A DNA stretch of 64,000 bases from Azolla caroliniana. Taxonomy: Eukaryota; Plantae; Polypodiophyta. The notes beneath the pieces were generated by a model, which was given only the letters and a program-made list of their open reading frames with translations, did not search any database and was not told the DNA's origin. The stretch is from NCBI GenBank assembly GCA_043228905.1, contig JBHGNT010000005.1, positions 2,170,001-2,234,000 of the forward strand. Reading direction: 5' to 3'. The translations under genes and the position numbers were made by a program. Shown one piece after another: positions 63,971 through 64,000 of the stretch (position 1 is its first letter; the number at the start of each line of letters is the position of its first letter).

Positions 63971-64000
63971 TTAGGGTCGTATGAGGCTCACGTTGAGGGT

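Overview
Eukaryotic, repeat-rich plant DNA (bryophyte/moss-like by TE families and gene style; this is inference). Bases 1-41.8 kb are a GC/CpG-rich island of deeply nested transposons. An old chromovirus-type Ty3/gypsy remnant (37.8-41.8 kb) contains element F, which contains LTR H. LTR H contains (i) non-autonomous gypsy derivative C with two solo LTRs and (ii) a Tork/Tnt1-like Ty1/copia element. The copia is split by defective gypsy A (347-20194) and by intact, very young gypsy B (21164-28450). Gypsy A carries a 12.96-kb Sola2-like DNA transposon (5647-18605) encoding an intron-containing transposase, a multi-exon coiled-coil/RING-H2 accessory gene and a probable captured URB2 fragment, with AGTACT-rich satellites in the large introns of both genes. 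The TGTCG...CGACA gypsy group shows shared unusual features: 4-bp target duplications centred on CG, a tRNA-Trp PBS, a GGAUUUU -1 frameshift site located after the protease, and a covarying hairpin with a palindromic loop abutting the PPT. Bases 41.8-64 kb are AT-rich decayed TE debris, one orphan host-like gene (53.8-56.6 kb, minus strand), a 278-bp triple repeat and a LINE fragment.
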